A stretch of 64,000 nt of DNA from an uncultured Planctomycetaceae bacterium (GTDB taxonomy: Bacteria; Planctomycetota; Planctomycetia; Isosphaerales; Isosphaeraceae): contig CAWCPP010000008.1 in assembly GCA_963797295.1 (NCBI GenBank), positions 72,545 to 136,544 of the forward strand. The letters are read 5' to 3'. Positions within the stretch are counted from its first letter, which is position 1. Each line of letters starts with the position of its first letter. The position numbers were made by a program, and so were the translations under genes. Below the pieces are notes generated by a model. The model made no database searches. It worked only from the letters and a program-made list of their open reading frames with translations, and was not told the DNA's origin. Shown here piece after piece: positions 51,859 through 61,652 of this stretch.

Positions 51859-54583
51859 ATGTCAGCCGATTCGCATCTTCGGAATTTGGCTCATCCTGTC
51901 AGCCTTCGATCTCGAGCGTGAACGCCCGGGCCCAAAGCTCCGATTCCGCAACCCGGCATGCCCCCAAGCGGCGACCGTTCGCCAAGGCCGGTACTCCCCG
52001 GCGAATCGAGCGCATCCGGTTCTTCGATGTCAAGCATATCAAGGCTGAGCTCACGATTGACACCCGAAAGCGCGAAGTTCGGGGCGTGGTCACGCACTCG
52101 TTGTCTCCACTTCATCCGTACCTCACCCGGATCGAGCTCGACTGTGGTCCCAAGCTCAGGGTGAGCAAGGTGACCGACCGGTGACAGGTCGAAACCCTGC
52201 GAATTCAGCCACAAAAGACGGCAAGCTGTCGGTCACGCTCGACAAAGCCTATGGGAAGCGGCGACACCGATCGAGCTGGCGATCGAGTACGCCGGCTCGC
52301 CCGACCGCGGGCTCTACTTCGTCATGCCCGAGGCGCCTTACCCCGAGAAGCGGCTCTCGTTCTGGACGCAGGGTGAGTCCGAGGAAACGCACGACTGGCT
52401 CCCCTGCTACGACTACCCCAACGAGCGCGCCACATCCGAGATGATCATCACGGCGGAAAAGCCCCTTTTTGTCGTTTCCAACGGCGCCCTGGTCGAGACC
52501 AGGGAAAACGCGGACAACACGACGACTTATCACTGGAAGATGAACATACCGCATGTCAGTTACTTGATTTCGCTGGCCGCGTCTGATTTCGCTGTTTACC
52601 ACGATCGCGCCGGTGACCTGCCGGTTGACTATTACGTGGCCAAGCACGTCGACGAGGCGACGGCCAGGCGGTTCATGGGCAAGACTCCCCAGATGATCCG
52701 TTTCTATGGCGAACAGCTCGGCCAGCCCTATCCTTACGCCAAGTACGCCCAGGTGTGCGTGCCCGACTTCATCGCCGGCGGCATGGAAAACATCACCGCC
52801 ACGACGATGACCGACACAGCTGCTCCACGACGAAATCGCCGAGCTCTGAGAGCGACGAAGACGGCCTGGTCTCGCACGAGCTCGCCCACCAGTGGTTCGG
52901 CGATCTCCTGACCTGTAAGGATTGGTCGCACATCTGGTTGAACGAGGGGTTTGCCTCCTACTTCGGCCCTCTCTTCACCGAGCACGACCGCGGCGACGAT
53001 GAATTCCGGCTCGAAATGAAAGGATCGCTCGACGGCTATCTGGGGAGCGATCGGGATTATCGGCGGCCAATCGTCGAGTAGCAGATACGAAACATTCTGA
53101 TGACATGTTTGACGGCGTGACTTATTCAAAAGGGGCCTGTGTGCTGCACGCGTTGCGGGGCCTGCTGGGCGACGAGGTCTGGTGGCAAGGGATCCGTGCC
53201 TACGTGGCCGCGCACAAGCTTCAGGTCGTCGAGACCGATGATTTCCGGAAGGCGATGGAAACGGCGTCGGGCAAGGACCTGAAGTGGTTCTTCGATCAGT
53301 GGGTTTACAAGGCCGGCCATCCCGAGCTCAAGGTTCGCTGGCACTTCGAAGACGCCGACAAGACCGTGCGCGTTCGCGTCCAGCAGACCCAGACGGTCGA
53401 CGAGCAGACGCCGCTTTTCCGGCTGCCGACGACGCTCGAGATCAGCGACGACGTGGGGAAGACGCGCGTCGTCGCCGATCGTGATCGACGGGGTCTCGCA
53501 CGAGTTTGTGATCCCGGCCGCCGCCCGGCCCAAGATGGTCGAGATCGACCCCCAGGGCTGGTTGATCAAGGAGCTCGATTTCGAGAAAACGGACGACGAA
53601 AACCTGTTCCAGCTCGAACACGCCGCGTGCGTGCTGGGCCGGCTCGACGCCGCTCGGGCACTGGTCAAGGCGGCGAAAGACCAGCCCGAGGTTGCCAAGG
53701 CCCTGGCCGTCGGCCTGGAAGCGCGAGAAATCGGCGCTGACCCAACGAGAGATGTGCGAGATCATTTGTAATGGCGACGAAACCTTTCGCGCTGCGCTTG
53801 ATCGAGGCTGTCAAGCGCTCGGAGGCTCGCGTCCGCGTTGCCGCGGTCGACGGCCTGGCCAAGCTCGAGTCGCGACGACGAGGCCGAGAAGACTCCTCCG
53901 CGCCGTCTGGGCCAATCCCAAGGAAGCCTATGGAGCACGCAAGAACGCGTTGCGGGGATTGGTTGCGCTGGAAAGTGAAAGACGCCGACGATCTGCTCGC
54001 CGACGCGCTCAAGGTCTCCGCCGATCATCACTCGATCGCCGCGACGGCGCTCGGGCTCATGCTGGAAGCCCCCGGAGCGCAAATCCCGGGAGCTGGCCGC
54101 GATCTACAGCAAGTACGGTCAACCGGAATCGCTGCGATCTACGGCTATCGGGGCATTCCCACGCCTGGCCAAAGACGACCCATCTCTTCAGGACGTTCTG
54201 GTCGAGCTGGCCGACGATCGCAACCGTTCGGTGCGGTATCAGGCCTGGAACGCGGTGCGCGAACTGCGGGTCAAAGAAAGCCCTGCCGGTGCTTGAGGCT
54301 CGGCTCGCTCGTGAAAGTGCCGACTTCGGCGGCTCCGCTCGTCAGAATCTCAAAGATGCGATCGCCGCACTCAAGGGGCAGGGAGGCGAACCCAAGAACG
54401 AAGGACCCGCTAGTGCCGAGCAAGCCAAGGCCATCGCCGCATCTCGAGCGTCAGGCCGCCGACCTCGAGCTCAAGACCAAGGAGCTGAGAAACCAGATCT
54501 CGGCCCTCAAGCACGTGCCGGAGCAGGGGGGTGCGGCTGCCAAGAGCACGGCTGCAGCGACGCCATCGAACGCTTCCCAATGA
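51859..54583 (+). CDS. M1-family aminopeptidase with C-terminal HEAT-like repeats, about 6 frame changes
   Basis: [13 protein letters not shown].., [18 protein letters not shown].., [10 protein letters not shown] (GAMEN-type motif), [12 protein letters not shown]...[10 protein letters not shown] (HExxH-18-E), [12 protein letters not shown].., then ..[30 protein letters not shown].. and an acidic/Lys-rich tail. Confidence 0.8.
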
Positions 54584-54603
54584 TCGCAAGGCAGTCTCGC
54601 CGC

Positions 54604-55718
54604 TCAAGGCCGTTTACCATGAAAGAGTTGTTGAATTTGTTTCGCGACGATACGGTGCTCGTCGTCACGCAGAGTCCATACCGCCACCCTTAACCCTCGT
54701 TCGCCTTCTCCCAGAACCGCGATCGGCGGATCACCTTCGCGGAGCCGGCGGACAACATCCGCGCCTGTCAACGCGGAGTGCCACTGACTCCATTCGAGCA
54801 CGACGTGGGGCGAATGATTGGCGATTTCAGGCACGTCAAGCCGCGCGGTCATACCCGGGATTTCGGCGAGTATCTCGATCATCTCGGTCGACTCGCGTTT
54901 CCCAGGCTCGCCACTCCGCGGCATGATCGAGCTTGACGAATCGTTCGACGGCCGCCAGCAAGCCAACAGTCTCCTCTTTGCCGACCTTCATCCCTCGGCC
55001 AATGCCCATGTGCTGGGCTGATCGCCAGCCGGCCTGCCGCGATCAGGTCAGGGCGACCCACGAGCAGACCCGAGCTTTGCGGTCCGCGAATGCGCTTTCC
55101 CTCCCGAGAAGGCCACCAGGTCAAATCCCTGGTGGACGTATTCGGAAAGCCGGCCGGCCGGCGGCACGTCCGCAGCCGCGTCGTTGAATGACGGCACTCC
55201 GTGCTCCTTGCCGACCCGAATCCACTCGTCGCGTTTGATCTGACCGAGTGGCTCATAGCGGTTCAAAAAGAACGTCATCGCCGTGCGCGGGTGAGTGCGC
55301 GTTCGAGTTCCGCCCGCGTTTCGACCCAGACCAGGCTGGCGCCGGCGAGCTTGATCTGCGGCTCATAGCCACAATGGTGGGCCTTCTGGATGATGACCTC
55401 GTTTTTCAGGCCCTGGGTATCGGGAAGGCGATCCATTGCTGACGGATCTTTGTAGGTCATGCAAGCGGCAGTCGCGACGGTAATCGCCGAGGCTGCTCCG
55501 GCCGTTACCAGCGCGGCCGGAACCCCCACCAGGCTGGCAATCCGGGCGCCGACTTTCTCTTGAAGCTCGGGGATCGACACGAAGGAGCCGGCGGCCTCGG
55601 CCATTGCCTGTACGACTTCAGTGGGCATCAGCGAGCCTCCGAGCGTCGTGTAAGTCCCCTGGCCGTTGATCACGGTCTTGATGCCCAGGCGGGCGTAGAT
55701 ATTCGGTACGGAAGTCAT
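54604..55718 (-). CDS. SelA-like PLP-dependent enzyme (L-seryl-tRNA selenium transferase-related fold), about 4 frame changes
   Basis: MTSVPNIYARLGIKTVINGQGTYTTLGGSLMPTEVVQAMAEAAGSFVSIPELQEKVGARIASLVGVPAALVTAGAASAITVATAA.., then ..FDLVAFSGGK..RGPQSSGLLVGR.. (the Lys follows SGGK), ending in ORF 54604..54966. Confidence 0.6.
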
Positions 55719-55794
55719 GGTGCAAGATCCGTTATCGGTCGAGGCTTGTGATCGGCCAGCGCGACCGTGGCCACGCTCTTTCATGCGAGATCGT

Positions 55795-56367
55795 TCACGA
55801 TCGCTGCGAGCCGGCGATGCCGAGAACATCGGCGTGCGGCTTCAGTGCGTCAATCACAAGCTGAATCTGTTCATCCAGATCGACGCCAAGCCGTTCGGCC
55901 CCCTGATAGACATCATCGCGGTTGACCTTCGCGGCGAAACCTTTGTCTTTCAGCTTCTTTTTGACGCTCGACGGGGCGAGCGAGTGAATGCCGTCGGGTC
56001 GAACCATGCAGCATGCCATCACGAAGCCGGTCAATTCGTCGCAGGCCAGAAGCGCCTTGTCGAGCGTTGTGAGAGCAGGAATCGCCGAGGCGTCGAAGTG
56101 CGCCTCAACAGCCTGGGCGATCTCAGGCTCACCGTGCTCGCGCAGCCATGCAACGATCAACCGCGGATGCTCATCGGGCCAGCGGTCGTAGTCGGCGTCG
56201 TGCAAAAGTCCCGTCATGGCCCACCGCGGCTCGTCATCGCCGCCCGAGCCGTAACGATGAGCCGCCCGGCGCATTGCAGCCTCGACTGCGCGGGCGTGGT
56301 TGCGAAGCGCCGGACTTTCCGTCCACTCGTTCAGCTTCTCGACCGCTTGTTCGTAGCTGATGGCCAT
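55795..56367 (-). CDS. HD-domain protein
   Basis: ATG 56367, MAISYEQAVEKLNEWTESPALRNHARAVEAAMRRAAHRYG..WAMTGLLHDADYDRWPDEHP... with H...HD metal-binding motifs. The ORF is intact. Confidence 0.7.
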   Translation of the reverse strand: MAISYEQAVEKLNEWTESPALRNHARAVEAAMRRAAHRYGSGGDDEPRWAMTGLLHDADYDRWPDEHPRLIVAWLREHGEPEIAQAVEAHFDASAIPALTTLDKALLACDELTGFVMACCMVRPDGIHSLAPSSVKKKLKDKGFAAKVNRDDVYQGAERLGVDLDEQIQLVIDALKPHADVLGIAGSQRS

Positions 56368-56658
56368 GGGTGCCTCCTCGGGTTTCTCCCATTCTAATCG
56401 CATCCCGGCGGGGACGCGATTAGAATGATGTGGGCTGAGCAATGCCGTCCACACCTTCGATTCGATGTCGCTAATTCTGCTGATGGCAATTTGTGCACTC
56501 GATCGACGAGTTGGGCAGATTGTTCGTGCTAAATGGCCTTGCGTGATTCTGGGACGCGCTGTTTACGCATGGCCCTGTCGCCAACCAGCTCGCTCGGAGG
56601 CTCGCGCTCCCGGATTCACGCAAGGTCATTTGGTACCCTAGTTCTGCGTCGTTCCAGC

Positions 56659-56883
56659 TCAGTGATCAATGAAGCCCTGCACGAGATCGGCCAGGATTTT
56701 CCCGCCGTGACTATTTGAGTGGATGCCGTGGGTATGCACGTGCTAGCCATTCAAGCGGGAGCTCTCATCGAGATCCTTGCGAAGGACGAGACGGCGGAAT
56801 GCGTCGCGATAGAAAGGAAAGACTCGGAAATCGGTCAGTGCCGGACCGGAGAACGCCGTGATCTCTATCAGCTTCCGACTCAC
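56659..56883 (-). pseudogene. Possible C-terminal remnant of an SGNH/GDSL hydrolase with an in-frame TAG
   Basis: ..FYRDAFRRLVLRKDLDESSRLNG*HVHTHGIHSNSHGGKILADLVQGFIDH resembles the terminal D..H / G...A block of SGNH hydrolases. The TAG is at 56743-56745. Only about 74 codons are present. Confidence 0.2.
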
Positions 56884-57653
56884 GCCAAACACGCGACGAT
56901 CGTCTCGATCACTCGTTTCGTATCCTCCGGATCCCGAACACAGATCGAAATGACACCCGCCTCCTTGGCCGGATAGTCGTTGCCGCCGGGGAACAATGCA
57001 TCGCCGACGAATATCATTTCTTCGGTGGCGATACCGAGAATATCTCGCAATTTTCTGATGCCGTATGCCTTGTCGATGCCGGGCTTCGTGATGTCGATGG
57101 ACGTCGAGCCCCCCAGTCGGACCGAAAAATCGCCGATTAAAGGCTCAACAAGAGCCTTGATTTTCTTACGTTTGCTGAAATCAGGGTCCCATTTCTCTTT
57201 TTGGTCGAGCGGCGCTTGCTGGCCAAGCGCGGAATACGTGATTTGACTGCCTCGGTCTTCAATTACCTCGCCCCAGACCTTTTGCGCCTTCAGGCCCGAC
57301 TGGTCAAGCGCCGTGTTCAGCGCTTTGATGATCGTTTCTTTTTGGTCGCCGGTGAAATCCTCGGCGTATACCTTCTGCCATTCTTTGTCATATTTGTAGA
57401 ACTTGGTTCCACACGTAGGAAGGATTGAAAGCTCCTCGAGTTTGGCGTTGTTGCCCAAATGGCTGAGCACCTGCTTTTCGAACTGCGGCCAGTCTCCTCC
57501 GGAGATAATTGCGGCTTTGACAGTGTCGAGCAGCTTGCCGAGCAGTTCCGCCATCTCGGGATCAATGGCTGCCTTGCTCTGGGCGAGCGTTCCATCGAGG
57601 TCGAACACGACAAGCTTTTTCACGAGATTGCTCCCTGATTTGATTCGATTCAT
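56880..57653 (-). CDS. HAD-IIB family hydrolase (phosphomannomutase-like type)
   Basis: Intact 257-aa ORF with VVFDLDGTL, AIISGG, SIDITKPGIDKAYG and FVGDALFPGGNDY. GC is lower than in the surrounding sequence. Confidence 0.75.
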   Translation of the reverse strand: MNRIKSGSNLVKKLVVFDLDGTLAQSKAAIDPEMAELLGKLLDTVKAAIISGGDWPQFEKQVLSHLGNNAKLEELSILPTCGTKFYKYDKEWQKVYAEDFTGDQKETIIKALNTALDQSGLKAQKVWGEVIEDRGSQITYSALGQQAPLDQKEKWDPDFSKRKKIKALVEPLIGDFSVRLGGSTSIDITKPGIDKAYGIRKLRDILGIATEEMIFVGDALFPGGNDYPAKEAGVISICVRDPEDTKRVIETIVACLA

Positions 57654-57676
57654 CCCAGTGTCTAGCCTCGACGTAG

Positions 57677-58666
57677 CTATTCCGGCAGCGCGACTTCCAG
57701 GATACTAACGGATTGGTCATGAGGCTGAAACGAACACTCGCCTACCTCAGCCGGCAGAAGTACAACGTCGCCTCGACTGACGTGATAACGCGTTCCATTG
57801 TGGTCGAGTTCACCCTCGCCGGCGAGTGACACCAAGACCCGGGGGATATCAACAGCGCCGAGTGTGAATGGCGATTCTCCGCCTACCCGCCACGTCGTAA
57901 ACTGTGCACACCGAAATAATCGTTCACGAAGCGCCGGGGTTGTTGTCTCAACCACGGGAGTCACCGGGCCGACCGCGACTTGCTCGAGATCGATGCAGGC
58001 CATGGCTTGCTCGACCTGCAATGGGCGCGGCTTGCCTGTGTTAGGGTCAACGTGGTCCCAGTCGTACAGACGAAAAGTGACATCGCTATTCTCTTGCACC
58101 TCGAAAACCACGACATCGGAAAGAGTATGAACCGTTCCGGCCTGTACGAAGATCGCGTCACCCACGTTGGGCACGAATCCGGACAGCAGGTCACCCACCT
58201 GTTCGTTCGCGAGTGCCCGCTCGAGATCGTCTCGCGTCGTGCCAGGTTTCAGTCCCGCGTAAATGCGACTTTTGGGACCGGCCTCGAGCACGACCCACGC
58301 TTCAGACTTGCCGCTCTCGCCGGCGGGTATGTAATCCGTCTGGCCATCCTTGGGATGCACCTGGACCGAGAGCACGTTGCGCGCGTCGAGGAACTTCAAG
58401 AGGATGGGAAACCTGCGGAAACGCCCCGCCAGTTTTCCGAGCATCGCGTGCGGCGACTGCTCGAGCAATTGCTGGATGGTTAGTCCCTTCAACGGTCCAT
58501 CAGCAACCGTGCTGGGGTGGTCATCGCGGTCGCTGAGGAGCCAGGCTTCGCCGACCGGTCCGTCCGGCAGCGGTGCCTTGAGCAATCCGGCCAGGCGCCG
58601 GCCGCCCCAGATGCGATACTGATAGATCGGTTCAAAGCGTAAGGGATACATTGGTGCCGAGCCCAT
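57677..58666 (-). CDS. manA: Type I mannose-6-phosphate isomerase
   Basis: AAGGAAGG lies 7 nt before ATG 58666. Translation has ..MYPLRFEPIYQYRIWGGRRL.., FPILLKFLDARNVLSVQVHP, SEAWVVLEA and VQAGTVHTL. The ORF is intact, and the longer track ORF start at 58834 is unlikely. Confidence 0.75.
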   Translation of the reverse strand: MGSAPMYPLRFEPIYQYRIWGGRRLAGLLKAPLPDGPVGEAWLLSDRDDHPSTVADGPLKGLTIQQLLEQSPHAMLGKLAGRFRRFPILLKFLDARNVLSVQVHPKDGQTDYIPAGESGKSEAWVVLEAGPKSRIYAGLKPGTTRDDLERALANEQVGDLLSGFVPNVGDAIFVQAGTVHTLSDVVVFEVQENSDVTFRLYDWDHVDPNTGKPRPLQVEQAMACIDLEQVAVGPVTPVVETTTPALRERLFRCAQFTTWRVGGESPFTLGAVDIPRVLVSLAGEGELDHNGTRYHVSRGDVVLLPAEVGECSFQPHDQSVSILEVALPE

Positions 58667-58967
58667 GTGACTACCTTCCTTGTATTGCTTGAAAACGCCG
58701 CCGGGAAACGGCATGCCAGGCTGCGGGCGTTGAATACTCGTGTCTGCAACAACCAATCCAAAAGCTAGAAATAAAGCGCTATCGTCCAGCCTGCTATAAT
58801 ATAATCGAGGCGGCCAAGACATAGGAGCCGACAACGGACCACCCTGTCAAGTTACCGAGCGAGACCGAGGTTATCGCCGAAGATATGGCGAGAGTTCTGA
58901 CGATTTCGCGGATGGGTCCGTATCCGGGTGTCGACGCGCTCGCGGGCGACTCCCCCTTTGCGTGGCG

Positions 58968-59573
58968 CTAACAGTCCATATATTTCCAGTTTCTTGGCTT
59001 CCCCTCGGCCATCCATTCGATCGCCGTTTCTAGCCGTCTGGTGCGAGTGGCTTCGGTTTTGGCCTCGGCGATCCACTCGATATATTCTCGCTTGTGGCTG
59101 GGAGGGAATTTCTCGAACGTCGCCAGTGCCTTCTTGTTCTTGTGAAGGGCTTTGGTCAATTCTGCGGGAACGACCACTTCCTTGGGTGACTTGGGCTTCG
59201 TTCGCGTCGGTGCCTTGACTCCAGCGTCATTGAGTTTCATTGCTTCCCTAATATAGCCGCTCAGTACTTTTTTCGAGGGTAAGTCCGAGAGCCTGGTGAT
59301 CCGTCCGAATTGGCCCATTCCCTTCTCGGCGGCTTCCTCCGTTTTTTGAACAATCAGCGAACTTTTCCAGAAGCCGAACGAGCAATGTTCCTTAAACGAG
59401 GCCATGCTGCAAAGCATGCCCTTGTACATGAAGTGGGGAAAGCTCCATTTCATGGTTTCTTCCACGTCCGGACACACGACGTGCACAATATCGCGAAGGT
59501 GGGTGAGGATCGGCCTGGCAAATTCCGCTGATTTGCTGATGTAAGCATCGACCCGATCATCGCGCGTTCCCAT
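58968..59573 (-). CDS. DUF1801 plus YdeI/OmpD-associated family protein
   Basis: Intact 201-aa ORF with RVDAYISKSAEFARPILTHLRDIVHVVCPDVEETMKWSFPHFMYKG.. and C-terminal FEKFPPSHKREYIEWIAEAKTEATRTRRLETAIEWMAEGK. Confidence 0.7.
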   Translation of the reverse strand: MGTRDDRVDAYISKSAEFARPILTHLRDIVHVVCPDVEETMKWSFPHFMYKGMLCSMASFKEHCSFGFWKSSLIVQKTEEAAEKGMGQFGRITRLSDLPSKKVLSGYIREAMKLNDAGVKAPTRTKPKSPKEVVVPAELTKALHKNKKALATFEKFPPSHKREYIEWIAEAKTEATRTRRLETAIEWMAEGKPRNWKYMDC

Positions 59574-59875
59574 GATATGGTCTCCAACGGGGACAATGGA
59601 TTTCTATCCTTGCTCCCCAGCCGCCCACTGACTGCGAGCTCTTCTCCCATCCGGCCGATGATTTTCCGCGACCGATCGAAATCGATCAAGATCCATGACC
59701 CAAATCGTGTGTCGTTTGGGCACGGTCGAAATCCTGACGTGCGGTGTTCCCGCCGGACGTTCGCCTCGTGTGGATATTTTTCCTGGTGATATTACTCAGG
59801 CGGCACGCGAGATGCAGACTGGAAAACGCTGACAAGCCGATTGAGGCACCCTGCGAGAATGAGGGGAGAGTGCGT

Positions 59876-60659
59876 GTGAGTGCACGAGCCATTTGGCAAG
59901 GAACGCTGATCGTTCAGAAACGGGAAATTGCTGTAAAGTTTTATTCCGCGGTGGAAGATCGGCAGACTCATTTTCACTTGCTTCACAAGCGCGATCGTAC
60001 GCGTGTCGAACAACGGATGGTGGATGCCGAAACGGGCGAGCCAATCCCGCTGGAAACTGCTCGAAAGGCGTATCAGGCAGAGCCGGGACTGTACGTCGTA
60101 GTTACCCCTGAAGAAATTGACCGAAGTGCACCACGGCCTCGACGCGAGGTGACCATTAATCGCTGCGTTCCTGTCAGCGCGATGAGCCCCAATTATTTGA
60201 CCGCCCTTATCATCTCGGACCAGGCGCAGAGGCCGCGACCGACTACTTTGCACTAACGCAAGCGCTAGAGGCAAAGAAAGCCGCCAGTATTGCGTCGTGG
60301 GTCATGCGCAAACACACCTATGTCGGTGCGCTGATTCCTCAGCAAGGTTACTTGATGATGATCACTCTCCGTCATGCTGATGAGGTCATTCCAGTCGGTG
60401 AGCTGGATGCGCCGAAAGGCCGTGCCTTGGAGCCCAAGGAACGAATCTGGCCGGCAAGCTCATCGAGGCGCTTTCCGGTCAATTCGATTCCCAAGCTTAT
60501 CGCGATGAGTACCAAGAGCGAATTCGTGAACTGATCGATGCCAAGCGACATGGTAAAAAAGTGAAGCGGAAACGGTTGCCTCGTCGTCATTCCGAGGGCA
60601 CATTGGCGGAGTCTCTACAATCAAGCTTGAAGAGTGTCGCGACGCGCCAAAGGGCTTGA
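59876..60659 (+). CDS. ku: Ku protein, divergent paralogue 1, two frame changes
   Basis: GTG 59876 follows GAGGGGAGAG. Translation reads SARAIWQGTLIVQKREIAVKFYSAVEDRQTHFHLLHKRD..EQRMVDAETGEPI.., then DEPQLFDRPYHLGPGAEAATDYFALTQALE..ASWVMRKHTYVGALIPQQGYLMMITLRHADEV.., with tail ..AKRHGKKVKRKRLPRR.. Junctions are near 60170 and 60445. Confidence 0.75.
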
Positions 60660-60679
60660 AAACGGGGCAGGGAAGACTC

Positions 60680-61642
60680 ATGGCACGCACCCAAAAGCGA
60701 ACACGGTCGAAACCCAAACAGTCCAGCGAGAAAGACGCGTCATTCCACGCGTTTTGGTCAGGCTCGTTGAGTTTTGGCCTCGTGAACGTACCCGTGCTCG
60801 TCTTTCCGGCCACCCGGCATTCCGGTGTCCGCCTACGAATGATCGGCCCGCATAACACGCCGCTCGAACGCCGATTTTATTGCCCGCGGGACGGTAACGA
60901 AGTGGTTGGTGATGACATCGTGCGCGGCTTTGAGCTTGACGATGGTTCGTACATCATTGTTAGCGATGAGGAACTGGCTGACCTCGAGCCGCAAAAAACT
61001 CGTGAAATCGATCTCAGAGCGTTCGTGGATCTCAGCGAAATTGCCCCCGCCTTTCTGGAACGAGGGTATTACCTGACACCGACCAAAGACGCGACAAAAG
61101 CCTACCGCCTGTTGGCGGAGGTCATGGAAAAAACCGGCCGTGCCGGCATCGCGACGTTTGTCATGCGCGACCGGGAATACCTGGTAGCGATCTTTGCGAA
61201 GAACGGTATACTTCTGCCGAAACGTTACGTTTCCACGACGAAGTTCGTGATTCGCGCGATCGGCTTGCCCGAAGTTATCACTGCCCCCCGCGAGCGCATC
61301 GCGGCCTTCGAACGTTCCATAAACGTGCTCCATGCTAAGACGATATCGCGTGCAGAGCTTGTCGATCAGGACGCGAAGAGGCTGCTCGCGCTCATTGAGA
61401 AAAAGAAACGCGGCGCGAAAGGCTTGATCCGCACCGACGAGGACCGCACGGTCGGCGATTCGCAAGCCGACGATGAAGTCGATCTTCTGGCAACCATCCG
61501 GCAAAGCCTGCGTCATGTCGCTAAGAGCCATGCTCTTCGGAGCACGCATTTGGAGCCGTCGCGAAACAGTGGGCAAGGCACGAGAAAGGCGGCGCGCCGA
61601 GCACGGACGTCGAAAACGGTCAAGTCTCACCGCACCAAGTGA
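60680..61642 (+). CDS. ku: Ku protein, paralogue 2, with basic N- and C-terminal extensions
   Basis: MARTQKRTRSKPKQSSEKDASFHAFWSGSLSFGLVNVPVLVFPATRH.., YCPRDGNEV.., IDLRAFVDLSEIAPAFLERGYYLTPTKDATKAYRLLAEVMEKTGRAGIATFVMRDREYLVAI.., with tail ..RKAARRARTSKTVKSHRTK. The ORF is open, but codons at about 61214-61255 look out of frame (see findings). Confidence 0.85.
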   Translation: MARTQKRTRSKPKQSSEKDASFHAFWSGSLSFGLVNVPVLVFPATRHSGVRLRMIGPHNTPLERRFYCPRDGNEVVGDDIVRGFELDDGSYIIVSDEELADLEPQKTREIDLRAFVDLSEIAPAFLERGYYLTPTKDATKAYRLLAEVMEKTGRAGIATFVMRDREYLVAIFAKNGILLPKRYVSTTKFVIRAIGLPEVITAPRERIAAFERSINVLHAKTISRAELVDQDAKRLLALIEKKKRGAKGLIRTDEDRTVGDSQADDEVDLLATIRQSLRHVAKSHALRSTHLEPSRNSGQGTRKAARRARTSKTVKSHRTK

Positions 61643-61652
61643 TTTTTACCCG

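Noticed and set aside
56880-56883. GTGA overlap between the HAD gene stop and the SGNH-like ORF start, considered as evidence for a real coupled small gene
   Set aside because: The ORF has an in-frame TAG after 46 codons and corresponds only to the extreme C-terminus of its family. The overlap is probably coincidental.
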